Below, piece by piece: positions 8,890 to 20,000 of a stretch of DNA of 20,000 bases. The notes under the pieces were generated by a model. The model made no database searches and was not told the DNA's origin. It saw only the letters and a program-made list of their open reading frames with translations. Position 1 is the first letter of the stretch. Each line of letters opens with the position of its first letter. The translations under genes and the position numbers were made by a program. This stretch comes from Catajapyx aquilonaris (taxonomy: Eukaryota): the NCBI GenBank assembly GCA_000934665.2, contig JYFJ02000425.1, positions 111,283 to 131,282 on the forward strand, written 5' to 3'.

Positions 8890-11568
8890 CACCTTTCCAG
8901 ATGGAAAAGTTTCTTCAGACAAAAGACATATTTTCTGTGGGGGAAGAAATGGCGTGTTATTCGCCAATGACCTCTGACGCGAATGGGACCTTAATATCGC
9001 TAACCTATATAAAATGGGTAACCGGTCAGGCTTCGGTGTCGGGGAGACACCCACGCCACGTGAAGGCGAGAAATTGAGGACTGATGAAGAGGACCCTCAA
9101 GTTCCGTGTTCCCGAGCTTTGATTAAATGAAAACCTGGCTTGGTTGGCGGGATCTAATGCGCGAGTTTACAGTCAGCACCTGAGAGAGGCACCTGCTGGT
9201 ATAGGTTTTTAACCTCACAATGTGTATAACAAAGGAAGAAAGGGGTATAGTAACTCGATTGATTCCTTTGTTATACAGTGTCGGCGTCAATGGTTCTGTC
9301 ATGTTTGTACATTCCCCGCCCGCGGTTGTAACAGCGCCCGTGTTACTGTTTGTTGTGTCTCGTGGGTGTAACTGTATAACGTTAATGAATTGTGTTCATG
9401 ATGTATAATGTCAGACATGCTGCGAATCATGACTCATGTCCACCAAAATAGATACAAGACCTCAATTCAGTGTATATAGTAATGAACTGTAACGCACTGT
9501 ACTATTTCCATAGTACTGTATTTAATTGATCTTATACATGTAGGTGGGGTTCAGCTTTAGCGAGTATACATGAGCCAAGATTAGCATCCAAAAACGTATC
9601 GTGCAACGGTGGAGAAAACCGATTTGCTACGGATTATTACACTGATTACCGTACGGATAGTCAGAGCAATATGGTTGACCCCTGGCTGTTCCGATATTGC
9701 TAACAGCTAAACTTGTCAACTTGCTACACGCCAAAACTCAACAATCACCCACATCGTAACAATGCACCGAAAAGGTCGTGTCCTCACCTGATCGGACACC
9801 CAGCAGGCTGCACCACACGTGCTTGTCCATTGAAGAGCATCCAGCAAGCTCTCAGTGTGGACGCTGAACGGAGGCGGATCGAACCATAGCCGTTTGTACG
9901 CAGGTCTATAGCAGCTATCTGGCTCTGGTCTGGAGGGTACTTGGACGCAAATAGGGGGAGACCCCTATATGAAATGGGCCAGAATCGACGTAGAGTACAC
10001 AGCAATAATGGTGATCCTTGGTCAGTACTGCGAGAAAAGAGCTGGATGCTAAACTGGATGTCCCTGTTTCTTCTCCACCCACCTACCATTCCCTTCGGTT
10101 GAGTGAGGGGTGATGATGATGGTTTCCGCCCATTGGACGTCATTTTGGCGTCGTTGACACCCGGATGAATTTTGCTGCTTCTGAAATAGATGCGCTCTCT
10201 CTACACAATCGCGCTAATTTTGCATCATGTTGTCGCAATCTGGGGGAAGAAGCCGACGACTGCCATGTTTACGAAACTTGTCGAATTCAGGGATTCAAAT
10301 AAGATTTTTGGAATTAAGAGCTCCAATGGGTTTCATGTTGTGTACGTGCAACATTTCAGGTAGATTGACAGCATGGTTTGTAAATACTGCAATCGCGAAA
10401 TAACAGGAAACCAACATATAAATCGTATTACAAAATAGTGAATTACAACGTTCACTATTTTACGTGTTAAATCTATGTGGATTTAGACTTTGCAATTACT
10501 CTTACAAAGTATTAAAACAGGCCGTAAATTGCCTACTTCTTGCTTGAACTCATGCGATAGCAGTTCAAGGGCTTAACGATTTTTGATTATGCCAGATTTA
10601 TTCTTATCCTGTACATTGCCATAGCTACAACCGGTGCATAGATATTAGATAAGGATGCACTTGATTTCAATATTTGCCTACCTTGGGCTATTACTGCCAT
10701 TACTGCTTATTTACTCGTGGGGTTTGCCGAGCACCATCAATAATTAAATTTATCCCCACGTGTCGGTACTGCAGGTGGAATTTTTCTAGACTATAATTAG
10801 ACCACCGATAGACCTTAGGCTGAAGAGTCATCTGCTGAGAAATGGCAAAACTATTGGCGACTAGAGATTCGCGATTTGACGATGCTTCCCTCAAGCGGCC
10901 AGTGTCGAACAAAAGCGCAAGATGTAAACTGAATACCCAGCGACTTCTCTAAAATCATGCATGGAGTAGGAAATCTGCAATTAATTGGACTACTGTACTT
11001 CCGGGGAACAGTGTCATGACCTCTGCCTTGAGGCATCTTTAGGGGACGGCCTTAATTGAACTGCGTCGTTCCGTGGGCTTAAAATCCCTCAATGTAGGCC
11101 CCTATACGCCCGCGACACACAATTGTCAACAAACATCCAGAACTGGTAATATCTAGAGCTTCACCCAAAGATTCGTCCTTTATATATAGAGTACGGAGGA
11201 TGAAACTGGGAATGACCTGACAAAGCACTACTTCTTTGACGTGGCTGAAGGAGCGTGTGATGGAATTTGCCGCTCTCTTTGGTTTTCTGAAACTTGGTCT
11301 GTTGCCCTGAATTGTGTCAATGAAGCGTTGTCGCCAGATGCTGCCAAAGGCCTTTGTATTTGCCTGCCGTCTTAATTGCTAGCAGTAATCGCGGTAAGGG
11401 GGCTATAAACCTTATTGGCGTATATCAGCAGGAATTGCGCAGAATTGTGGGGTTATGCCCAATGAGGTCGGGGGCGTTGTGAAGATCCTTTGAGAAATTA
11501 TGAGGGATGGAAACGCGGCGATATGATTCAAAAAGGAAGCACACAAATCAGATGTAAGTAGTATAACC

Positions 11569-11570
<2 letters not shown>

Positions 11571-11639
<69 letters not shown>
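11571..11639. repeat. (TTA)23 / (TAA)23 microsatellite
   Basis: 69 nt perfect trinucleotide run, followed by a short degenerate extension (cagtattatta). Confidence 0.98.
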
Positions 11640-11640
<1 letters not shown>

Positions 11641-14139
11641 AGTATTATTATGTCTTTGTTTTATTAGGCTCCAGCCCGAACCTCTTCACACCACGACTGA
11701 CGCACTTGAGGAGCAACTCCACACGTGATATGTGACTTCCACGTACACAGACACGTGAACTTCTGAACACTTGGTGAAGGGTCATCAAGATTTACATCCC
11801 ACCTAGTATTCCCGGTTGATGGATTACTGGCTGTAAGTCCGATGGTGTTTTGAGGCCCATTAGCCGAAAAGATCTGGCAGCCAGTGCCTAAGAGTCTGTT
11901 AAGTTGAATGGCATGGTAATGCATCCTGGGGGAAAAAATTGAATGGTGAAACGACACTTCTCGTTATTTACGTTCGATGGATGGAAAATACTGCGCAGTG
12001 TTCCGCTATGGCTTTTTTCCTTACGTCAAGCTCCAGAATAAAAAAGGACAGCGTCCACAGATTGCGTTTCGGTAGAGTAAGTAAAATGCGCAGCAACCAC
12101 CTGAGTAGGTAGAAGACCTGACAAAACCGTGCTTGTGTTATACACCTCGACTGTATAGAGCTGGGGGGAAGTAATCTTCTAGCATGGGAGGATTTCGTCG
12201 TGTAATTGAGGGACACACCATCAGCAATTTCCTTGACAGGAGATCTCTTCAAAGCAAATAAATGGGCTCGTTCTGTGCCCTGGGAGATATTCAGAAACGC
12301 GGAGGGTAATGCCACAGGGTAGGTCAGTAATTGGGTGAACCCTGTACTGTGAAATGCCAGGTTAATTATAGGGGATCAAGTTATATGTTGCATGCGCTGC
12401 TGGAGCACTTTATTTGGCATTTGGAGAGGTTTTGAAAGTGAGGTACTTTTCATTGTTGATGTCTTTGATCTTCGTCGTGTTCGCTCAAGCCCTAATGGAA
12501 TATTAAAACGTTGAGTGGGCGTATTGAGTATAGCTGGGTTTTGGATGCGAAGAGGTTCAAACCAGTAACCGAAATATTTTCAAGTGGGCCTAGGTCAGTA
12601 ATGAGGGCTTCATTATTGGTTACATGCAGTTTGCTCTGCTTTTGTTTAATAGGTCTACCACTTCGGCTGGAAGAGCACGCATGCTTATGGCTCGATTTTG
12701 AAACTCATTTGCGAGGGTTAATATTTGCATTTTAACTTCACACTACCTGCTTCATTAACTAATCATAATGCAAACATATAATTAACCTAAAGAGTGCACA
12801 GTACTCTGGAACAATATACTCTCAGACATAAGTCTGAAGACGAGGCTAGTAGAAAATGCTAACCTTGAGTGTGCTGATTTTCCTTGACAATGTGGCATAA
12901 TTACATGCAATTAGTCGAAAGTAAAACGAATGCGTATGAGTAAATAGTGAAAAAACCTGCAATTTCATGCCCCAGCTAATTTCTGGACTTAATATAACAT
13001 CTGAAAACCAGATAACATGCAAAGAAATAAGATTGCAACTTGCTTACTGATTTGCCGATAGAACGTAGGCAGACAGACATACGTCTTGAAATGTGTATTA
13101 GCTTTTTTTAAATGTGAAATATAAGTCTACGATCTCGGCCGTAATTTTTGTGGGAATTTTAAAAAAATCTTTAAAGAACATTTACATTTATTTATTTTTG
13201 GAAATGAAATTGCACCTTTTTCACTATTGACCCGTATGCAATCTAATGCGTATTATGAAAATGATGGAATGATGACAAGCAGGAGAAATGATCATCTTGG
13301 TAAAAGTAGACCTACAGTGTACAGTACATTATTATAGTCCCACATCATTACTTCAGCTTTAGAATTTCTGTTGTGTCTGACGTCACTACTTGTTTGAGTT
13401 CCTCCAACGCCCAAAAACGTGACTTTAAATTACTTCCCGTATTCAATGCCCTGTTCCATTACTAATAAAAGGGAAGTTGCTTCATTCATTCTGAGATGTA
13501 GCCTATATTTGAAAGCGATAACAAATTACCATCGTGCAGTAGTTCCGAGAAAAACTCTGACAATTATTATTATTTGAAATGCCTCTCTGTATTTGGTAAA
13601 TAAGCGCCTTTGCATGCGAAAGGCTTTTAAAAATGGAATATGCATTAATAGCCTTACTTTATAAACTCGTGCATGGCACACAGGATGTTTTCTCACAAAA
13701 ATAGGGGGATTATTAGGACCGAGGAGTCCTCCAAAAGTTTAATGAAAACGCTAACAGCCATCAATAAGCCCCCCATTTGTAATTTTAGTCACAATACTTG
13801 CCTTACGAGCTTTTATATGAGGCCAGTAATTTTATGGAAATTGAAGGGTGTACTGCTCTTTTGCAGCTTTGTAATGTATAGCCCAGTATTAAGCCAATTG
13901 AATGTGTCACGAACGACATATGCAGCATATTACTTCGAGTCAGCTCGCAATCTTTTAATATTACTACCGTAATTACATGGTTTAGATTATTGACAGCCAT
14001 TGTTGTCATATTGATACGCAATTATTGGCTCATACGTCACGAGAGCTCGATGTTTACAGAGTCTTATGTCACCCACCATTTTAATAGCACATGATTGTGC
14101 AAGATGGACTATACATCTGCCACGTGTCGTATTTTTCCA

Positions 14140-15246
14140 CCCCCCGTCTCGTCCCGTCTCCAGAGGGGGGCTTCCATTAAACAGTATTATGAAGTCAGTA
14201 AGAAGGAAGGGGGGATGGTCGGACAACCGCAGGTTCAAATCACCCCGCCATGGAGGGGAGTCCCCGTTTTTGCGGTCGTCCGACGGGGGACCCCCTTCTG
14301 GGGTCACCCACCAGGGAGACCCCCGTGCGGACAGTGTTGCCGGACAGACCTTCGGCCATAGGTCAATTGGCCAGCCTCGTCTGCTGGTGGCCTTCACGAG
14401 TCGCAAGATTGGCACCCTCAATGTCCAGCCAGGTGACTGTTTAGCAGCAGGGGCATCGCCCTCTTAAGGCGCTTTTATAAAGCTAATTTCGACATCTTTG
14501 GTAAGTCTCATAGGAGATGGCACGTGCAGGCTTTCATGATGTCAAAGGAAGAAAGAATTGCTTGATCCGGCTATTAGATCAGTTTCCAATGGGAAACCGC
14601 TACAGAAGATTATACAGGGTGTATCTGAACTCAGTGCCCCGACGTATATGACTGCCTTCCTAGCCACCAGAGGATCGATTTAAGTATAGGAATCATTATG
14701 TTTGCCCGCCGCATTACGGAGATAATTGGCCGCAAACATGTAGTACAAAATATCCTGTCGGTTAGGCCACCCATCGAACCCTCCCCCAGTCAGAAGGCTC
14801 TGGAAGGTATGGGGGCGGGACTTTGTTGGTTTGTTGCCCACAGGTGGTAAGGCCTCTTTGGCTAGTTACACCAGAAAATTCTATTTAAAAGTCAGAAGGA
14901 GCGATTAGGCAATAATCGCTAAAGAGTGTATCCCCGTAATGCGGCGGCCAAACATAATGATTCCTATACTTAAATCGATCCTCTGGTGGCTAGGAAGGCA
15001 GTCATATACGTCGGGGCACTGAGTTCAGATACACCCTGTATAGCCTGCTGTAAGTCGGGTCATACAGTATCAGGCATATGCATTCAAGAGTATCTGAAGC
15101 ATCGTCTGTCCTATTATTATTTGATTGACTGGAGGTGTTACGGAACATGTGTGCTATTTTCAGGCTTCGAGAGGTTCGTGGAAACGACTGCGACATGCCA
15201 TTCACGTTTCAGCTGGATAACAAAATATTTCAATGGTATCATGTGA
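14140..15246 (+). mobile_element. Decayed 5' portion of a non-LTR retrotransposon (RTE-like APE endonuclease relic), interrupted by the MITE
   Basis: KIGTLNVQ at 14405-14428. After a frameshift, NFDIFGKSHRRW at 14485-14520, then IA*SG. Order and spacing match the RTE endonuclease start (IGTWNV..DILGLSExRW..YSG). A GC-rich hairpin leader lies upstream. Boundaries are approximate, and similarity after the MITE is weak. Confidence 0.55.
14615..15038. mobile_element. Tc1/mariner-type MITE (424 bp, 110 bp TIRs, TA target duplication)
   Basis: TA at 14613-14614 and 15039-15040. TIRs 14615-14724 and 14929-15038 start CAGGGTGTATCTGAACTCAGTG and show 2 mismatches. No coding capacity is evident in the 204 bp interior. 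Confidence 0.93.
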
Positions 15247-18200
15247 CTCCATCAGTACTATAGCTCGCAATGTAACACATGATCCGACTTGGGAAATTGG
15301 CAAAGGGGATATTTTTATCTTGGGTTCCTATTTGGAAATAGAACATTATAAAAAAATCATGATTTGAGCATTCTCCTTCTGCAATTATACTGAAAATAAA
15401 TGCAACGGTCACATCATACAACCAATTTCTTTTCAGTGTCGCATTAGCTACCTGTATAACTACTCATTTTTTCCACGATTTGAATTATTTAAATATTCTG
15501 CCATAAATTCAGCCAAAAGTCATCTGCATAATTTTCCACTTAGTCCCTTTAATACCCCCCCCCCCACAGTTTGGTCGACGTACTCATAAAATAGGACCCT
15601 TCATTAATTTCTGCATAATTCGGGCATTAATGCATCTTAAAGACGTAGTTTTATCAGCGTTTCCGTGATGCCCACATTTCATGCATCGCCTGACAGTCGA
15701 ATCAACGCTCAAAAATTGATATTCATTGAAAAACTGGAAGCTACACTGATTCCCTCTCTAACGGGATTGCAGAAAATATGATTCCTCTGACTCCTGACGA
15801 AACAATATTTGGAGAAATGTGCGGCAAGGCGGAAGCAGGATACTTGAGGACATTGCTCACTGTTCTGGGTAAACAACTCGAGTTATGATGGATGGAGGGG
15901 TTCGAGTTTCAGAAATCCGTGGATCAGACTGACAGCGGAATCAAAATCCAAACGTGCGGGGCTCTCTTCCTAATGCTGCTTTGAATGCAAAAGCGGACCG
16001 GGTCAAAGACTTTCTCAAAGAAAGGCCGGGGTACTTGACAGGCAAGGAGGAGAAAATCGTAGGAAAAATATAGTTGGGAAGAAGTAAGACGTATGCATGT
16101 TGAACCGGTCCAAACCGGAGCATCCGTCACCTTCCTGCGACCCGATCGATCCAGGTTTACATCACATGTGCGACAAAAACTGCGTTTAATGTGTTCCTGA
16201 GAAGTGAAAAGTGTCTTCCAAGTCGTTTGTGTTTGCTGGGGTTCAATCATCGACAAAGATGGTAGCAGCCTGAAAGTTATACCGGCCGACCACACTAAGG
16301 CCCACAATGAATATAATTTATAACACCATGTGGTTTTTGTCTTTCAAATACACTTTGTAAGTTATATGACCTCATCTGTGGCATATCTTCATTCCAGGTC
16401 ATTACTGGCAAACCGCATGATGTCACACTTCTGGTCAGAATTGACGTCATAGTGCTACCTACCAACTGCCCATAACATTTTTGGCCTGCACAGTACGTCC
16501 TGTACTACCGGTACTGTCCGAGGGCACATGTCGCATGTTTACTGTCAAGTAAACACCCACGCTCGTATCTGCTGATGACTATAGTGGGTGTCAACTTCAC
16601 CCCCACCTTGCCTCTCTCCCAATAGTTCAACGCCTTTGCCCTGAAGCGGGTCCGAATCCTGCTAAAGAGACAGCCATACAAAGTGAAGGCAATCTGTCAC
16701 AGGCTGCGGGGGTTACTGTGCCTCGAGACAAGGAAGACCACCATTTTGTCACTGGGTTTTTGCTTGTTTGGGGCTTCGGCCTGGGCTTATCCTTGCGGGT
16801 AGTTAACCTCTCGTGCCTTCCTGTTTGACTGGTTGCACTTGGAAGGTGCGTCATTCGCTCAGAGTGGGAATTATTGGGAGTATGATTAGGAGAGTTTCGT
16901 AATCATAGCAGTTAATTTAATGAAATTAACCAATAGATTACAAATACAGGCACATCATATTGGCAGGGGTTGGCGTGACGGACCGTGACTTTATGCTAAA
17001 AAACGGCTAAAAATTCGAGAGAGAAAAACTACCAGCCTCGCTCGAGGGTTCTGTACGACTAACTACAAAATTAAGCCTCTCCCCATGTCTATACCACTAG
17101 GCACTCTCTCCACCTAGTGGGTTAGTCACACATGATCTTTTATGAATGACACCGGAGGTGCCTTCCTCCCGCAATTTATTCCCCAACTCAGTCGTTATAC
17201 TGTAGAAGGAGGTGGTGGAGAAAGAGACTGACCTAGCATGACTGTCCGTAACATGGGGGGTAATCGGGATCAGAAAGAACCCAAAATAAGCTCCTAAATG
17301 AAATGGCTTACTGCTGTTATCCAAATTGGGTCCTTCCTTTGTCCAGCTGCTGCAAGCCGCACACAAAGCATGCAACTGCTTGAAAGGATCTTAAAAATAA
17401 ACCTTGTGTAGTTTTGGCTCGGTTTGTAGCCCCTGTACAATGTTATGTGAAAAGAAATAATATGCGAAAGCCGCAGGTGTACACTAGCAGAACTGTAAAT
17501 TATTTTTTGTAGGTATAAACATGGGTTTACGCTGTGTTTTTTATGTAAGGGCGTCACGTGAGCGTGTGAAGCATGTAGGCATTTTTTTGCAATTTAAAGG
17601 AGGTTTTGGGGTCAAGTGGGCGAGTGCAAAGTCCCAGACAGACAATTCTGGATGCAGAGAAGCCGACGAGGGAAGAGTGTAATTAATACCCCGCGCATCT
17701 GTTACTGAAACATATCACGACAGATCTTGAGCTGGAGTGTGGTACGAGCTTCTCCTTGTCAAACAACTCGTTTGTGTGCCATTGATGTTTATCAGGTAAC
17801 TTTTTTTTCGAGCAGTCACTCATTAGGTATAGATTTGTTCTGACGCTATTTCAATTGTGCTGGAAACTGTAATACAGTGCAACGTTATATATATGAATAC
17901 AGGAATGTTATATTGCATTTCAGAAATTATATATCTACATTTGAAATAAAAATGTTAAAGGGCAGGTAGGAATGAACTGCTACAAGGTCAGAAGGTGTAG
18001 TTCCCATGACTTTCATTATTATCAAGACAATATCTGCAATTCAAAAGGACCTGGGTCACATTGGAATGGTGAGAGTTTGAATATTACCTTATTCCTTTGG
18101 AGAATATCATTTTTTTAAAGAACTGTCAGAGCATTGACCTGACCCGCACGACTCAATGTCATGCAAGAAGTAACTGACCCTTCTACAAATCGAGGCGTCA

Positions 18201-20000
18201 CATACTGCTGCAGTTTACTGTACACATCAAGAATTCAATATGATGCTCCATGCATCCCGCAGTGATATTATTGAGAAAATATATATGCCATTATTTTGTT
18301 ATACCAGTTCACTGCGTATAACATCCCACCAACCTCATTTTCTCCTGAAGAAGCAAACATGAGTGTCCTTGTAACAAAAGTAACAAACTACACATTCTTT
18401 GTATACCTTACTGCAAGTGTGTCACTACATTCTGTACACACTCCGTATTCAAAAATGAGCCAACTGATACCTGAAGTAAATGCTAGGGGAACTCAATGGC
18501 CGCAAGAGCCCATCTGGTGAACATTCTTTCACAAGTGCCACGTCCCAATTTCTAGACAGTAACACACGAGCATGAGGTGAAGGCGCTGAAAACACCAGGT
18601 TCATGCATCTCGTAATTGCAAATTCCTGGACTCTTTGCGGGCCTGTGGACTCGCGAACAGCTTAAATCGGATGTCCCGAGGCAATGAGATGGGACAGTTG
18701 GGGAAGGCGGGAAGCCGAGGGTAATGTAAGCAGTTTTGACAGGGAAAGCCTCAGGGGCGTAATTGACCTGAGAGGTCTAGTCAGGGGAGCCTTTAGGGGT
18801 GTCCGGCGGAAATATTGCGGTGTGGACCACCGTTTACTCTTGCGTTCCTTATGGTGTCCTACTTAAGCTGGAGTTTGTTATTAGAATCCAATCGGTTCTT
18901 CAGACGGAGGAAATTGTGTGTGGAATCATCTGGATATGTAACAATCACACGCCCTTTGTTATGGCTTCAAACCAAAAGGTCCGGAAGTTTCTGATTGTAT
19001 ACTGTGTCATAAAAAGAGAAAGATATTTATGAACGTTCCATGAACTGATTGGACATACCAATTGCCTTTTTTCAAATCTCTTGTAAGGTCGTATTGGCTG
19101 AGATGGGAATGTCGACCTCGAAACCACATCTTTATTGCTGTCTGGTGCAGACAATATGGGCTGGAAGTTGACTAGTATTTTGAAGCTAATGTATAGAATA
19201 TACAAACTTCACTCGGTTACCATATATTGCCAGATGGGAATAACGGAGAGGAAGTGTTTATGTCATCGGGTGTTGGCAGCCAATGGGGCACATTTTTTGA
19301 GGTCTTTTCCTTTTCCGCGAAGATAAGATGTTACTGTAACTCGGAGATAACTATAAAACTTTGTGAGAATAGTTCTGAGATTTCAAGTGACATTTCTGGA
19401 TTTTGTTCAGAAGTGCAATACTCCTGTCGAAGAAGTTGAATGAGGCGAGTATTTTTAGGAATGCCTCTTTTCAGGTCGTGTTTTTGTTACGTAGACTGCG
19501 CTGAGAGGTCAGATATGAAGAGACTGCAACATACAGTCTTGTAAAAATGGGCTGAAGATACTCGTCTGATATTGGCAATAAAAATATGCATGTTTTGCAT
19601 CTGGATTAAATTGTGATGTGCAATGAAATTGACGTGCATGACCTAGCGTGCCTCTAGTAATTTTGAACATAAGAATGTGCAGCGCGATATTTAAGTTATG
19701 TGGATGTAATATTATTTTAGTACGCAGTCTTATTTTGCATCGTTCTGAGCTAAGTGCGCATTTGGTTTTTCAACCGCGAAAAGTATTTTATATTTATGAT
19801 GTTTACTTTGAAAAGGAGATTACACTGCGCACGTGGTTCTTGCCTTTATTATAGTGACACACATGTCACTGTCGGCTGTAAACACGGAATCTGCGAATAA
19901 GTATGAGGTTGTTTTGCCCCACACCTCCCATATACGTCGTACCTGCGCTTATTTCCCATGGGATCTGGGAATCATCTGAGTAATGTATCCGAACCTGACC

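Noticed and set aside
8592..9077. 161 aa + strand ORF
   Set aside because: It lies antisense to RERGL exons 1-2 and has no recognisable motif, so it is probably a shadow ORF.
9079..9084. Minus-strand TCAGTC initiator as the RERGL TSS
   Set aside because: The position is plausible, but it is a 6-mer with no matching TATA box or DPE, so it cannot be supported.
9784..10143. 119 aa minus-strand ORF
   Set aside because: It has no recognisable domain and no linked exons.
11080..11500. Minus-strand peptides faintly like LINE reverse transcriptase (GSSQRP, LLIYANK, KRAANSITRSF)
   Set aside because: The catalytic YADD is not preserved and the spacing is off, so it cannot be told from chance without a profile search.
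12320..12602. 12 bp direct repeat TAGGTCAGTAAT as a target-site duplication, and a nearby short CAGGGT...ACCCTG dyad
   Set aside because: Such matches are expected by chance at this scale, and there are no element hallmarks between the copies.
13699..13778. 16 bp imperfect inverted repeat around a ~50 bp spacer
   Set aside because: It is short, has 2 mismatches and shows no target duplication.
15700..16320. Purine-rich stretch with a possible degenerate Cys knuckle of a retroelement
   Set aside because: It needs several stops and frameshifts, and the His ligand is missing.
16964..17435. CAGGGG...CCCCTG as hAT element ends
   Set aside because: Only 6 bp match and there is no 8 bp target-site duplication.
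18945..19205. Minus-strand ISSWNV...PDLLV as a second APE endonuclease relic
   Set aside because: The following ET and GGGV motifs are absent, so the evidence is too thin.

Overview
Eukaryotic genomic DNA from an invertebrate, probably an arthropod (mostly 55-85 nt introns, arthropod-like tRNA-Asn). The first 9 kb is gene-dense. It holds three tandem + strand paralogs of an IPNS/DIOX_N-type 2-oxoglutarate/Fe(II) dioxygenase (486-1819, 2177-3400, 3571-4857). Convergent with them, only 46 bp away, is a five-exon RERG-like (RERGL) small GTPase on the - strand (8889-4904). The 3 kb second intron of the GTPase gene carries a tRNA-Asn(GTT), an unexplained GC-rich island and a 697 bp near-perfect fold-back Tc1/mariner derivative built from two copies of the transposon 5' end. 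The remaining 11 kb has no intact gene I can support. It contains a (TTA)23 microsatellite, a 424 bp Tc1/mariner-type MITE, and a decayed RTE-like LINE 5' end with a structured leader that the MITE interrupts. I see no clearly new multi-gene system. The best leads are the diversified dioxygenase array with its very tight transcript packing, the intronic fold-back element, and the structured LINE leader. All exon structures were derived by hand from splice consensus and paralog comparison.
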